Source: Myxococcota bacterium
GTDB taxonomy: Bacteria > Myxococcota_A > UBA796 > JAJRTE01
Assembly: GCA_024278455.1 (NCBI GenBank)
Contig: JAJRTE010000133.1
Coordinates: forward strand, 9,658-73,657
Direction of reading: 5' to 3'
DNA length: 64,000 nt
Shown: positions 45,015-55,558 of the stretch, piece by piece
Layout of the letters: each line of letters starts with the position of its first letter
Position numbering within the stretch: position 1 is the first letter of the stretch
Made by a program: the position numbers and the translations under genes
The notes under the pieces: model-generated
The model's database searches: none
Told to the model about the DNA's origin: nothing
Seen by the model: only the letters and a program-made list of their open reading frames with translations

Positions 45015-46850
45015 TCAACCGGCCTTGGACAGCAAAACGTCCCACTCCGCGGTCCTGACCGAGGATGGCAGGCCCCCATCCCCCCTTTCGGTCATCGCCG
45101 CCCGCCCCTCGTCCAGCCACGACGCGGGCGTCCACCACGGTTCGGCGGTCGCATCGGAGGCGGCCTGGCTCCCGGCCGTGTTCGCTCGAGCCAGCTTGGG
45201 CGACCCCCTGGTCCGGGACAGCCGACTGTGGCTGGATTCGGACACCGGGAGCGCCGGGCGGGCACCGGCCGCCCCCGCGGCTCGAGGTATCGGCGCAGCG
45301 GTGCCCTCGGTCCGCTTCGGATCGGGCTCCCAGAAGTGTGAAGGGACCCACCAGAAATCCCCGTACCGTTCCAGTGCCCCGCCGCCGTTGGAGCGCGCGC
45401 TCGAGGCGGCCGCGCGACCAGTGCCCGGCGCTGCCTCCCCGGTCGCTCGCCACGCCGTTCGAGCGTCCTCGAGCCACGAATCGAACACGATCGACGGTTC
45501 CCCACCGTCGAAGGCGATGCGCGCAAAGTCACGGTAGCCGGGCTCGAGGCGTTCCGGCCGGTCCTTTCGCGTCACCGGCGCCCATGCCCCTGTGTCGATG
45601 AAGGTGACATCCCTGGACAGGGGGTGCATACGCGGCACGTGCGTGTGGCCGAAAGCGACCACGCGGACCGGGACCAGGCGGCTGATGGCTCGAGCCACTC
45701 GAGGCAAGCGTTCTTCGATACTGAAAACCGTCTCGCCTTCCGTGACCTTTTCGTAGAGGACCACGATTGCCGGGGCCAGGCAAACGGTCGCGGCGATCTT
45801 GGCCCACAGCGGCGTTGCGCTCGCCCACAACGTCACGACCCCTGCCGCCACCGCCAGCACGACAAGCACCCTGTCCATCCACAACTCCCTGACCATCCGG
45901 AACACGCGGCTCGTGATCGGAGGCTGCTGCAGACGGTGCAACGACCGGAGCGTAGCCGGGTCGAGCCCGTACCGCCGGGCGACTCGAGACAGGAACCTGC
46001 CCGCGCTGGGAGGATGGGCCAACTGGCGTCTGGTGACCTCGAGGGACCGGAAGATGACGGCCAGGCTCCCGAACAGCCAGGTGAGTGCCAGGCTGCGCCG
46101 CGTGAACGCGTAGTGCTTCACCCAGTGTTTGAAGTAGCAGAACAGGTTGAGAATGTAGTCGGTGTTGTGCGGGTTGAAAAAGCCCATCCGCGTCATCAAG
46201 TAGCGGTTGGCGAGGTTGCCCATGGGGATGGCCAGCACCTCCTCCCCGCGCATTTTCACTGTCGGAGCGAGCAGGTAACGGAAAGTCGTGTACGAATCAT
46301 ACTGGTGGCCGTGTTCGACATAGATCTCACCCGGAACGACGTAGAACCAGGGCTCGATCACGATCGCATCTTCGGCAAAATACCCCCCCGAATCCTCTGC
46401 ACACCCCCGGAGCCAGCGAAAGAACGCCTGCTGCACCGCGGGGAAATGGAATTCCCGGTCGTGGTTGCCCATCACGTACACCACGCGGTGGCCGCCGCAC
46501 AGAAACCCCACCAGTGCATGAACGAACCGGGGATGGTGCGCCAGGATCCGCTCGAGCTTCCACACCGATTTGTCCTCGGTGGCGTCGAGCCCCCGCTTAC
46601 GCTCCGCGCGCCGCACCGGCCAGGGGGGGGAATCCGGCACTGCCCGGACCAGGTCGAAGTCGAAGATGTCGCCGTTGAGCACGAGCGTGAGAGGTCCTCG
46701 TCCAGCTTCCCGGGCCACGAAGTCCGCCAGCAGGTCGGCGAACGGACCGTCGAAGAGGTAGCGCGAACTCTTGTGGTACATCCACCCATCCGGATGGTCC
46801 TCCACGTCGCACAAATGGAGATCGGAGACGATGAGGTATCGGTTTCCCAT
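45015..46850 (-). CDS. Membrane-associated calcineurin-like metallophosphoesterase with low-complexity C-terminal tail
   Basis: MGNRYLIVSDLHL (motif I). LNGDIFD (motif II). MGNHD (motif III). VAFGHTHVP (motifs V/VI). Two internal TM helices (LVVLAVAAGVVTLWA; IAATVCLAPAIVVL). Confidence 0.7.
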   Translation of the reverse strand: MGNRYLIVSDLHLCDVEDHPDGWMYHKSSRYLFDGPFADLLADFVAREAGRGPLTLVLNGDIFDFDLVRAVPDSPPWPVRRAERKRGLDATEDKSVWKLERILAHHPRFVHALVGFLCGGHRVVYVMGNHDREFHFPAVQQAFFRWLRGCAEDSGGYFAEDAIVIEPWFYVVPGEIYVEHGHQYDSYTTFRYLLAPTVKMRGEEVLAIPMGNLANRYLMTRMGFFNPHNTDYILNLFCYFKHWVKHYAFTRRSLALTWLFGSLAVIFRSLEVTRRQLAHPPSAGRFLSRVARRYGLDPATLRSLHRLQQPPITSRVFRMVRELWMDRVLVVLAVAAGVVTLWASATPLWAKIAATVCLAPAIVVLYEKVTEGETVFSIEERLPRVARAISRLVPVRVVAFGHTHVPRMHPLSRDVTFIDTGAWAPVTRKDRPERLEPGYRDFARIAFDGGEPSIVFDSWLEDARTAWRATGEAAPGTGRAAASSARSNGGGALERYGDFWWVPSHFWEPDPKRTEGTAAPIPRAAGAAGARPALPVSESSHSRLSRTRGSPKLARANTAGSQAASDATAEPWWTPASWLDEGRAAMTERGDGGLPSSVRTAEWDVLLSKAG

Positions 46851-47220
46851 GCCTGCTTCCGTATGTTGTCGAGGCCGGCGGACCTCACCGGCACGGCCCC
46901 GTTGCTATCCAACCGCGTTCTCGAGGCCTTCGCGCCTGACCTTGGATCGGATCTCATGGCGCCGAACTCGAGTTCTGATCCCATGGCGCCTCGCCGAATC
47001 GACCGCCATTCTCACGGAGCGCCCGTTTCGGACACAGCGGCCATGGTCCGTGACGGCGTGCTTCAGAGGCGTACAGCGCCCCCCCCTTTCCTGCCACTCC
47101 TCGCGCCGCGGGCAAAGTGCATGACAGACTCAGGCCGATTCGGGTAAATGGATGTAGAAGGGTACCGGTATGCGGACCGGCGCCTGAAAACCGGCCCACA
47201 CCTGCGCGGGAGAATCGCCG

Positions 47221-48801
47221 ATGACACGACACCTGCCCTCGACGCCCCTTTCCCACTGTTCGACTGGCGGATCACCACGCCTGCCGCTGCCCGGACGGCT
47301 GGCCATCGGCCTCGCCACGGTCTGTTGCGCCTGGAGCATCGCCGCCTCGAGCACGACCCTGGCCGACAGCGTGGTTGAGGAGCGCGGTTGGGTCCCCATG
47401 CATGGTGTCATGCACGCCCACACCCCCTATTCCCACGACGCATGCGACGATAACGGCCTGAGCGAAGACGGGACCCCCAACCCGGAATGTCTTGCCGACC
47501 TGCGTGCCGGCGCGTGTGCCTCGAGACACCAATTCATCTTCTTCACCGACCATCCGTCGTACATGCGGGACTATCCCATCGAAAGCCTGGTCCTCTACGA
47601 CCCGGCCCAGGGCGACCGGCTGCTCTACGGCGACGCGGGTATCCTGGCCAACGAGCTGACGTGCAGCGATGGCACGGAAACCTGGCACATCTGGATCACC
47701 AACGGGGCCGAGGGGGGCCACAACATGCCCATCGGGCTCGAGGCGCACCTGGCCGACCCGGACCTCTATTCCGTGGGTTTTGCCGACGACGACGATTTGG
47801 CCGCGGGGCAGGAGGAAGTGGAACAGATTCACGGCGCGGGCGGCGTGGCGCTCCTGGCCCACGCCGAGGCGGCGGAAGTGTCTGCGGCACGCATGGTCGA
47901 ACTGGGGATCGACGGTGTGGAGTTGTACAATGCGCACGCCAACTTCGAATATGTGCTCACCCATAATCCGTTCCAGATCCTGGACCTCGAGACATGGATG
48001 GGCACTGGCCCGGGGAGTCCGACCGACTACGACCTCGTCGCCCTGGTGATGATTCCCTACATTTCGGCCGCCCCCATCGAGAAGTGGGACGAAACCCTGG
48101 CCCAAACCCGGATGACCGGGGTCATCGGCACCGATGTCCACCAGAATGTGGTGCTGGACCCTTATTGTGAGCCGAGTTCACCTCTCGCGGTGCTGTGCCA
48201 GCGGCTGAAGGCGTTTTTCCCGAACATGATCACCTACCTGGAGACCGGGGGACCCATCCCCATGGGCGATGGCGAACGGCTCGACAGCTACCGCCGAATG
48301 TTTCGGTGGTTCTCCAACCACGTGCTGGCTTCGACCCGCGACCTCGCCGCGGTCAAGGAGGCGGTGGCCGCCGGAAGAATGTTCGCAGCCTACGACATCC
48401 TCGGGCTTCCCGACGGATTCGACCTGTTCGCGCGGAACGAGGTGACCGGGGCCCTGTTCGAGATGGGAGACGAGGCGAAGTACACCCCCGACCTGAAACT
48501 CTGGGTCACCCTGCCCGTGGTCTCCATGGCCGACCCCTATGCGACCTGGACGGCCGAACAAGCGGCCCAAGCCGCTGTCCGGGCCGAGGTCATCCGGATC
48601 GACGCATCGGGGGCCAACGTGATAGCCACCGCAGTGGGATCGGGCGGCCGGGTCGCCGTGCAAGTGCCCGGTACGGGAGCCTACCGGGTCGAAGTCTACA
48701 TCCAACCACGCCACCTCATCCCGGCGCTCGGGGGCGAGCGGGCCTTGGGCCTCGAGGAATACCTCTGGATCTGGTCCAACCCGGTCTACGTCGCACGCTG
48801 A
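47221..48801 (+). CDS. PHP-domain (polymerase/histidinol phosphatase-like) metal-dependent phosphoesterase, secreted
   Basis: MHGVMHAHTPYSHDA is the PHP motif I (HxH...SHD). Later His/Asp-rich motifs (FFTDHP, LLAHAE, ELYNAH). Signal peptide LAIGLATVCCAWSIAASS. Confidence 0.6.
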   Translation: MTRHLPSTPLSHCSTGGSPRLPLPGRLAIGLATVCCAWSIAASSTTLADSVVEERGWVPMHGVMHAHTPYSHDACDDNGLSEDGTPNPECLADLRAGACASRHQFIFFTDHPSYMRDYPIESLVLYDPAQGDRLLYGDAGILANELTCSDGTETWHIWITNGAEGGHNMPIGLEAHLADPDLYSVGFADDDDLAAGQEEVEQIHGAGGVALLAHAEAAEVSAARMVELGIDGVELYNAHANFEYVLTHNPFQILDLETWMGTGPGSPTDYDLVALVMIPYISAAPIEKWDETLAQTRMTGVIGTDVHQNVVLDPYCEPSSPLAVLCQRLKAFFPNMITYLETGGPIPMGDGERLDSYRRMFRWFSNHVLASTRDLAAVKEAVAAGRMFAAYDILGLPDGFDLFARNEVTGALFEMGDEAKYTPDLKLWVTLPVVSMADPYATWTAEQAAQAAVRAEVIRIDASGANVIATAVGSGGRVAVQVPGTGAYRVEVYIQPRHLIPALGGERALGLEEYLWIWSNPVYVAR

Positions 48802-48979
48802 CGAGCAGGCACCGGCCGCGGAACGAGCGGCCCAATGACGGCAACTGAACAGGGACTGGCGGCAGGCCCGGGGATCCTGCAAGATAGGGGTATGTGCCGG
48901 CCGGGAGCCGGCACGGTACCGAGAGGTGTTTCCATCAACCTCCTGCCCAATCGGTGCAGGACGACCAGGAGAAGCCACC

Positions 48980-49900
48980 ATGCCGAATCGAGCCCGTCGA
49001 GCCCCAGGCTATCGCCACTCGAACCAACGAGGCATCATCAGGATCTCCCTGCTCACGATGATGACCGCGATGGCCGCGACAACGGCCGACGACTGCCAGC
49101 AACCCACCACGCAGGGTGACACCGTCTGCTACCCGGGCGCCGACCAGCGCTACAACACCTGCTACACTCTCGATCCCATGCCCGCGCCCCCCCCTTCCGA
49201 CTACGTCTACCCATCGACCTGCGAACCGTCCTACGGCTCGAACTACCAGACGCCCGCGTACCTGCTCGACCTGTCCTCGGCCGATCCGTCGGAGTACCTG
49301 GCGCCCAATTTCCAGCTCGGAGAACTGGCGCAGGAGTGGAAAGGCCAATACGCCGTCCTCCAGGTCCACGCCGTGGAGAGCTTGCAACGGATCCGCGATA
49401 TCGTCGGGCCGCTCAACGTCAATTCGGGATACCGGAGCCCAGGGTACAACGCTTCGGTGGACGGCGCCACCTGCTCGAGGCACATGTACGGAGACGCCTT
49501 CGACATGTATCCCAGCTACGCTTCACTTGGCGAACTCGCCGACGCCTGTCGAACCGTGGGCGCCGATTTCGTACAGGTCTATGCCACCTGGGTCCATTGC
49601 GACTGGCGATACGACAGACTCGACGACGCCTACTACCGCATGGCCGGCGCGCCCGGGATCTTCGACGATATCCCCGTCATGGACGCCCGTATCGTGTTGG
49701 AGAATGGACGCTGGTCCGCCCCGGCCACCGGATGGGACGAAGGGGAACCGCTCAGGCAGTGGACCGCCTTCGACGCCAGGGGCAACGTGCTGCTCGAGGC
49801 CACCGGGACCTCGTTCGTCGCCCCGACCGGCACCGCCGAAGTCTCCGTCGTGGTGGGCCTCGAGTTCACCCTCCGCGCACCCGTCCCCGACACCATCTAG
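48980..49900 (+). CDS. Peptidase M15A / DUF882 (YcbK-like) family zinc metallopeptidase, secreted
   Basis: AGGAG RBS. LQVHAVESLQRIRDIVGPLNVNSGYRSPGYNASVDGATCSRHMYGDAFD matches the M15A/DUF882 signature (SGYR..N...GG...S.H..G.A.D). Signal peptide ISLLTMMTAMAATTA. Confidence 0.6.
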   Translation: MPNRARRAPGYRHSNQRGIIRISLLTMMTAMAATTADDCQQPTTQGDTVCYPGADQRYNTCYTLDPMPAPPPSDYVYPSTCEPSYGSNYQTPAYLLDLSSADPSEYLAPNFQLGELAQEWKGQYAVLQVHAVESLQRIRDIVGPLNVNSGYRSPGYNASVDGATCSRHMYGDAFDMYPSYASLGELADACRTVGADFVQVYATWVHCDWRYDRLDDAYYRMAGAPGIFDDIPVMDARIVLENGRWSAPATGWDEGEPLRQWTAFDARGNVLLEATGTSFVAPTGTAEVSVVVGLEFTLRAPVPDTI

Positions 49901-50006
49901 ATAACGCTCGCCGGTCTATTCCACCAGACAGCCGCACTGGATTTCTCCTGCCGTCCATGGCATCATGGCTACCGGGACAACCTGCAACCGGCACGAGGAG
50001 AAAACC

Positions 50007-53000
50007 ATGCGACCGCACCGGGACAAGCCCATCCTTGCACACTACACCGTCCTGATCCTCATTTTCGCCCTGATCTCCGCCTGCTCGAGCGATGACGACG
50101 ACAGCAGCCGGGTGGGCTCCAGCCCCACGCCCACGACCGCGCCGGGCGACGACGACCTCTCTCCCGGCGACGACGACCTCTCTCCCGGCGACGACGACCT
50201 CTCCCCGGGCGACGACGACCTCTCCCCGGGCGACGACGACCTCTCTCCCGGCGACGATGACACACCGGCCACGGATGCCGACCTGGACGGCTACTTTCCC
50301 CCGGGAGATTGCGACGATACCGACCCGCTCGTCAATCCGGGCGTCGAGGAGGTGTGCGGGGACGGCATAGACAACAACTGCGATGGATGGGTAGACAAGG
50401 GCGGAAAGGTGGTCACCTGGTATCCGGACCAGGATGGCGACGGCTACGGCGACGACGCCCTGGCCGTACCCGCTTGCGCGCAACCAGAGAAATTCATCCT
50501 CACCGGCGGTGATTGCGACGACACCCGATCCGACGTCAACCCGTCCGCGGAGGAGGTCTGCGACGACCCGGCGACCGGCGCCATGGACAACGATTGCGAC
50601 GGAGAGATCGATGAAGGGCTGATCAACGCCTGCGGGGAATGCGGCCCCCTCCCGGAGGAGACCTGCAATCACATTGACGACGACTGCAATGGGCTGGTGG
50701 ACGACATCGATCTGAACGGCGACGGGATCTTCGACTGCTCCGACTATGACGGGGACGGAGTCGACTCGGACGACGGAGACTGCGACGACAGCGACGCCAC
50801 CGTCTACCCCGGCGCAGAGGAGTCGTGCGACGGATACGACAACGACTGCGACGGCCAGGTCGATGAGGAAGGTGCCGGATGTGAATGCGTGGTCGAGCCG
50901 GTCAGCGGCCCTTACGTATCGATCCCGGCCGTGCTCGCAGACATCCTCGAGGGTACCGTCTCCTGCACCGTCATCGTGGTTCAGCCCGGAACCTACCGCG
51001 GAACGGTCGATTTCACGGGCATCCATGGACCCCTGCGCGTCGTCGCCGCCGAGGGCCCCGAAAACACGATCCTCACCCTCGCAGACGGAGAAAGCGGCAG
51101 TGTCATCTTCTTTCCGGACGACGATATCCAGGCCGACGTGGCCCTCGTGGGTTTCACGATTACCGGCGGGACCGGAAGCGGTGGAGGCACCTGCCCGGCC
51201 GAAACCTGCGGGGGAGGTATCCACATCGACGGCTGCGCCGCTCCCCGGCTCGAGGGCAACCGTATCGTCGGCAACCAGGCAGACATCGGCGGGGGCCTGT
51301 TCATCGGCGACTGCGCGAACCCCTCCGCACCGGGACCCAACCTGGCTGACAACCGTATCGGTGACGAAGGCGTGCCCAACCGCGCGCTGGAGTGCCACGG
51401 CGGCGGCGTCTACATCGGTGCGGCCAACGTCACCCTCGAGGCGGATACCGACATACGGATTAGCTTCAACACCATCGGGCAGGACGACGGGACCTGCGAC
51501 CAGAACGACGGAAGGGGCGTCGGCCTGCACGTCACCGGGGGCACCCTCACCGCAAATCGAGCCCGTCTCGAGGTGTCATCGAACCACTTCGCAACCTCCA
51601 TCTACAACACATCGGGCGGCGGCGCCTTCCTCCAGGACGCCCGTCTCGATCTGACCGGCGGCACATGGGTCCTCGAGGCCAACCGCATCGACTGCGGTGA
51701 CAACGCTACCTGCCGGGGCGGCGGCCTCTTCGCTACCGGCAGCGACATCGACCTGGACGGAACCACCCTGGTCGTGCGGGCCAACTACTCCTCCGACGAT
51801 GGGGGCGGTGTCTACCTCTCGAGCAACACGTTGACCCTGGAGGGCGATGCGACCGCTGTCTTCGACGCCAATGAGGCCGGGAGAAGCGGCGGCGCGTTCC
51901 ACGTGGGAGCCGGTGGCCGTGCGCAGTTGGCGAGCGTCACCTTCTCAGACAATATCGCGGACCTGGGCGGCGCCGCCTACAACGCCGGCGAACTCGCCGT
52001 GGAGGGCGCCAGTGTCGAGGACAACGCCGCCGGATCGGACGGCGGCGGGATCGTGAGCGTGGGGTTGCTCGACCTGGGCGGAAGTGTCTTCACCGGAAAC
52101 AGCGCCAGCGGCGGCGGGGGCGCCATCCATGCCGGGGGCACGCTCAGGATGTCATCCTGCACGTTTGCCAGCAACGGTGCCGGCATCGACGGAGGCGCCA
52201 TCGAGATCGCCGGCAACACCAACCTCGAAGACCTCGCCGACCTGATCTTTTCGCAGAACACGGCCGCAGGAAACGGGGGCGCCGTGGAAGCACACGCGTC
52301 GCGCTTGACCCTCGCCCGCTCGACCTTCGAGGACAACGAAGCCGGGCTCGACGGGGGTGCCATCCACGGTGAAGGTCCTCTCGCCGTGACGAGCAGTCTA
52401 TTCCGAAACAATACCGCTGCAACCAGCGGCGGTGCGATCCGCATGGCCCCCGGTTCGCCCGGCGTCACGCTCGACGGCGTCCAGTTCTCGAGCAATGTCG
52501 CCGGAAGTAGCGGTGGCGCCATCTCGATCGACGCCGACCTCCTGGAACTCTCTTTCGCCGTCCTCGATCGCAACGAGGCGGCCGACTGCGCCGCCACGGA
52601 CATCCTGGGCGGTTCGTCGTCCATCGCGTTCGCGCATGTCTACTCCAATGGGGCAACGGCGGGTGGAAACGGCGCTATCGTGTGCCTCGATGGGACCGAG
52701 GTGGACCTGCACCATGTCATTCTGGCGGACAATGCCACGGCGGGCACTTCGGGTGGGACGCTGCGGGTCTCGGCGACTGCCAGCCGTCTCGAGTACCTCA
52801 CCCTGCTCCGCTCCGGTCTCGCCGACGAAGCTGCAGCCGACGTCCGTGTCGAGGGGAGTACGGCCACGGTCTCGCACGACATCCTCGTGGGCAGCGGCGC
52901 GGGCATCGGGTTGTCCGCCGGCGCGGCGTCGACAGTGGACGGCTGCGACCTCAACGACATCTCGGGGTATGGCGCCGCGGTCAGTGGTCTCGAGTGCACC

Positions 53001-53378
53001 GGGTTCGGCACATTGACGCCTCCCTTCGTGGCCAGCAGCGACGACGGGAACTACTGCAACGAAGACCTCCACCTCGAGTCGATAGCGGAACACCCCGAAT
53101 ACGGCGCCTATGGTGGGCCGGACGGCGACTGGACCCTGGTGCCGGCGGAGTGCGGCGGGTGCGAGACGACGGAGCTGTCCCGCTGGTATCGCGACGAGGA
53201 TGGAGACACTTACGGCGACGCGGCGTCCCCTGTCCTGGCGTGCGACCGCCCTCCTGGCTACGTCTCGAACGGCGACGACTGCGACGACCACAACATGACC
53301 ATCCACCCCGGCGCGAGCGAGGTGTTGCGCAACGGCAAGGACGACGATTGCGACGGGGTCGTGGACGAGCGGAACTGA
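50007..53378 (+). CDS. Large MopE-repeat + polymorphic-membrane-protein-like beta-helix lipoprotein with (GDDDLSP)6 acidic tandem repeat
   Basis: GGAGA RBS. Lipobox LILIFALISACSSDD. Six 21-nt tandem repeats encoding PGDDDLS. Five MopE-type repeats at both termini. Central ~700 aa of Gly-rich beta-helix repeats (GGGAIHAGG, DGGAIEIAG, NGGAVEAH, DGGAIHGEG, SGGAIRM, SGGAISID). Confidence 0.6.
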   Translation: MRPHRDKPILAHYTVLILIFALISACSSDDDDSSRVGSSPTPTTAPGDDDLSPGDDDLSPGDDDLSPGDDDLSPGDDDLSPGDDDTPATDADLDGYFPPGDCDDTDPLVNPGVEEVCGDGIDNNCDGWVDKGGKVVTWYPDQDGDGYGDDALAVPACAQPEKFILTGGDCDDTRSDVNPSAEEVCDDPATGAMDNDCDGEIDEGLINACGECGPLPEETCNHIDDDCNGLVDDIDLNGDGIFDCSDYDGDGVDSDDGDCDDSDATVYPGAEESCDGYDNDCDGQVDEEGAGCECVVEPVSGPYVSIPAVLADILEGTVSCTVIVVQPGTYRGTVDFTGIHGPLRVVAAEGPENTILTLADGESGSVIFFPDDDIQADVALVGFTITGGTGSGGGTCPAETCGGGIHIDGCAAPRLEGNRIVGNQADIGGGLFIGDCANPSAPGPNLADNRIGDEGVPNRALECHGGGVYIGAANVTLEADTDIRISFNTIGQDDGTCDQNDGRGVGLHVTGGTLTANRARLEVSSNHFATSIYNTSGGGAFLQDARLDLTGGTWVLEANRIDCGDNATCRGGGLFATGSDIDLDGTTLVVRANYSSDDGGGVYLSSNTLTLEGDATAVFDANEAGRSGGAFHVGAGGRAQLASVTFSDNIADLGGAAYNAGELAVEGASVEDNAAGSDGGGIVSVGLLDLGGSVFTGNSASGGGGAIHAGGTLRMSSCTFASNGAGIDGGAIEIAGNTNLEDLADLIFSQNTAAGNGGAVEAHASRLTLARSTFEDNEAGLDGGAIHGEGPLAVTSSLFRNNTAATSGGAIRMAPGSPGVTLDGVQFSSNVAGSSGGAISIDADLLELSFAVLDRNEAADCAATDILGGSSSIAFAHVYSNGATAGGNGAIVCLDGTEVDLHHVILADNATAGTSGGTLRVSATASRLEYLTLLRSGLADEAAADVRVEGSTATVSHDILVGSGAGIGLSAGAASTVDGCDLNDISGYGAAVSGLECTGFGTLTPPFVASSDDGNYCNEDLHLESIAEHPEYGAYGGPDGDWTLVPAECGGCETTELSRWYRDEDGDTYGDAASPVLACDRPPGYVSNGDDCDDHNMTIHPGASEVLRNGKDDDCDGVVDERN
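50143..50265. repeat. 21-nt tandem repeat ×~6 (cgggcgacgacgacctctctc) inside the lipoprotein gene
   Basis: Head-to-tail near-identical units visible in the sequence, with only ccc/ccg synonymous variation. Confidence 0.8.
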
Positions 53379-53712
53379 GCCGTGCGCCACCCTGGCGTCC
53401 ACGACGTGGTGCACCCGGCGGCGTGGCCCGCAACTGCTTCGACATGCTCGTGGAACCCCACCGGATACCGGGCAGCCGCGAGGTCTCCGCTCCCACTCCC
53501 GAAGAGGCGACGCCGACGGTGGCATGCGCAGCACTTCCTCCAGGCCGGCCAGGAGGCCCAGTAGGATTCCCTCTGACCACGCGCCGCACGGTTCGGGTGG
53601 AAACCCGGCTCGAGCCGGACTATAGTTGTCCTCGATCGGAGTCTGGGGCGGTCACGCTCGTCGAGAGACCCCGGATCCCCTCACCGCCCGCGCTTCTCGC
53701 TGGAGGCTCCCC

Positions 53713-55512
53713 ATGTTGCACGAACGACGCGACTTTTCTGTGGTCCTCACCCTGGTCCTCCTGCCGGGGCTCCTCGCCGCCTGCCCGCCGAATGACGACG
53801 GCGCCGAAACGCCGGGGGCCGCCACCCCCTCGCCGAATCCCGGGACACCCACCCCCCGGCCCACACCGCTGCCTACACCGGTCCCGGACGCCTTCTCCTG
53901 GGACAACGCAACCGTCTACTTCGTGATGACAGACCGTTTCCTCGACGGCGATCCGTCCAACAACACCTCCTACGGCCGCGCACCGGATGGCGACAAGGAA
54001 ATCGGGACCTTCCACGGCGGCGACCTGGCCGGCCTGACCCAGAAGGTGCGGGAGGGATTCTTCACCGACCTGGGCGTCACGGCCATCTGGTTCACCGCGC
54101 CCTACGAACAGGTTCACGGCTGGGTCGTCGGCGGAAACAACGAGTTCCAACACTACGCCTACCATGGCTACTACGCACTCGATTTCACGCGCATGGACGC
54201 CAACATGGGCACCGAGGAGGACCTCGCCACCTTTGTCGACGCCGCGCACCGCCGTGGCATCCGCGTCGTGATGGATGTCGTCATGAACCATCCGGGCTAC
54301 GCCACGATCAAGGATCTCGACGAGTTCGGTGTAGACGTCCTGTTGGACGGTTGGGAGAACGCCACCGTCACCGACTACTACGACTACATCGACTTCGAGA
54401 GCGCGAATTTCGCCGACTGGTGGGGCGTGGACTGGATACGCGCCGGGTTGGGAGGAGGCTACGAGACGGGAGGCACGGACGACCTGACCATGGGCGTGGC
54501 CTACCTGCCCGATTTCAAGACAGAATCCACCGACATCGATATCGGGCTGCCCCCCTTCTATGCCAACAAGCCGGACACGGGCGCCGTTGCGGATCCGACC
54601 TTCACGGTCCGGGACTACCTCGTCGCCTGGCTGACGGATTGGGTCGAGCGGTTCGGCATCGACGGGTTTCGCTGCGATACGGTCAAGCACGTGGAAAAGG
54701 AGGCCTGGGCGGAACTCAAACAGGCTGCTGATGAGGCGCTCGCCACGTGGCGCGCCGCGAACCCCGACAAGGCCTTTCCCGATGAAGACTACCCGGACCC
54801 GGACAGCCCTTTCTGGATGACCGGGGAGGTGTTCCCCCACGGCGCCTACAAGGACGACTACTTCTCCTACGGATTCGACTCCCTCATCAACTTCGATTTC
54901 CAGACCCTGGCCGCCGGGGCGCTGGACGACGTCGCATCCATCGACGCCACCTATCAATCCTACGCCGACAAGATCAACGCCGACCCGGAGTTCAACGTGC
55001 TGAGCTACCTCTCCTCCCACGACACCTACCTGTTCTTCTCCCAGTTCGCCAAGGGAGACCTCGAAAAGCAGAAGCTCGCCGGGGCCATCCTCCTACTGAC
55101 TCCAGGTGGCGTCCAGATCTTCTACGGCGACGAAAACGCTCGACCCAAGGGCCCCTCGAGCACCGATTCGACCCAGCCCACACGGTCGGACTATGTATGG
55201 GGCGACAACCCGGACATCCTCGATCACTGGGCCAGGATCGCTCGATTCCGGCGAGCACACCTGGCGGTCGGCGCCGGGTCCCACACCAGGATCGCGGCAT
55301 CACCCTACACGTTCCGGCGGGCCAAGGATGACGACGTGATCTACTGCGTGCTCGGCGCCTCGGGCACCATCACGGTGGACGTGTCGTCCGACTTCCAGGA
55401 TGGCACACTTCTACGCGATTACTATGCCGGCGGCGTCGCAACCGTGACCGGCGGGCAGGTGGCGTTCGACGCGGACCCTAACGGGGTGGTCTTGATCGAG
55501 CGGGCCGAGTAG
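53713..55512 (+). CDS. Alpha-amylase family glycoside hydrolase (GH13) lipoprotein
   Basis: GGAGG RBS. Lipobox LVLLPGLLAACPPND plus Pro/Thr linker. GH13 regions FVMTDRFLDGDPSNN, GGDLAGL, RVVMDVVMNH, GFRCDTVKHV, EVF, LSSHD. Confidence 0.85.
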   Translation: MLHERRDFSVVLTLVLLPGLLAACPPNDDGAETPGAATPSPNPGTPTPRPTPLPTPVPDAFSWDNATVYFVMTDRFLDGDPSNNTSYGRAPDGDKEIGTFHGGDLAGLTQKVREGFFTDLGVTAIWFTAPYEQVHGWVVGGNNEFQHYAYHGYYALDFTRMDANMGTEEDLATFVDAAHRRGIRVVMDVVMNHPGYATIKDLDEFGVDVLLDGWENATVTDYYDYIDFESANFADWWGVDWIRAGLGGGYETGGTDDLTMGVAYLPDFKTESTDIDIGLPPFYANKPDTGAVADPTFTVRDYLVAWLTDWVERFGIDGFRCDTVKHVEKEAWAELKQAADEALATWRAANPDKAFPDEDYPDPDSPFWMTGEVFPHGAYKDDYFSYGFDSLINFDFQTLAAGALDDVASIDATYQSYADKINADPEFNVLSYLSSHDTYLFFSQFAKGDLEKQKLAGAILLLTPGGVQIFYGDENARPKGPSSTDSTQPTRSDYVWGDNPDILDHWARIARFRRAHLAVGAGSHTRIAASPYTFRRAKDDDVIYCVLGASGTITVDVSSDFQDGTLLRDYYAGGVATVTGGQVAFDADPNGVVLIERAE

Positions 55513-55558
55513 CCGGGGGGAGACGAGTCCCGCGAACGGTACCAGGGGGCCCCGCTAC

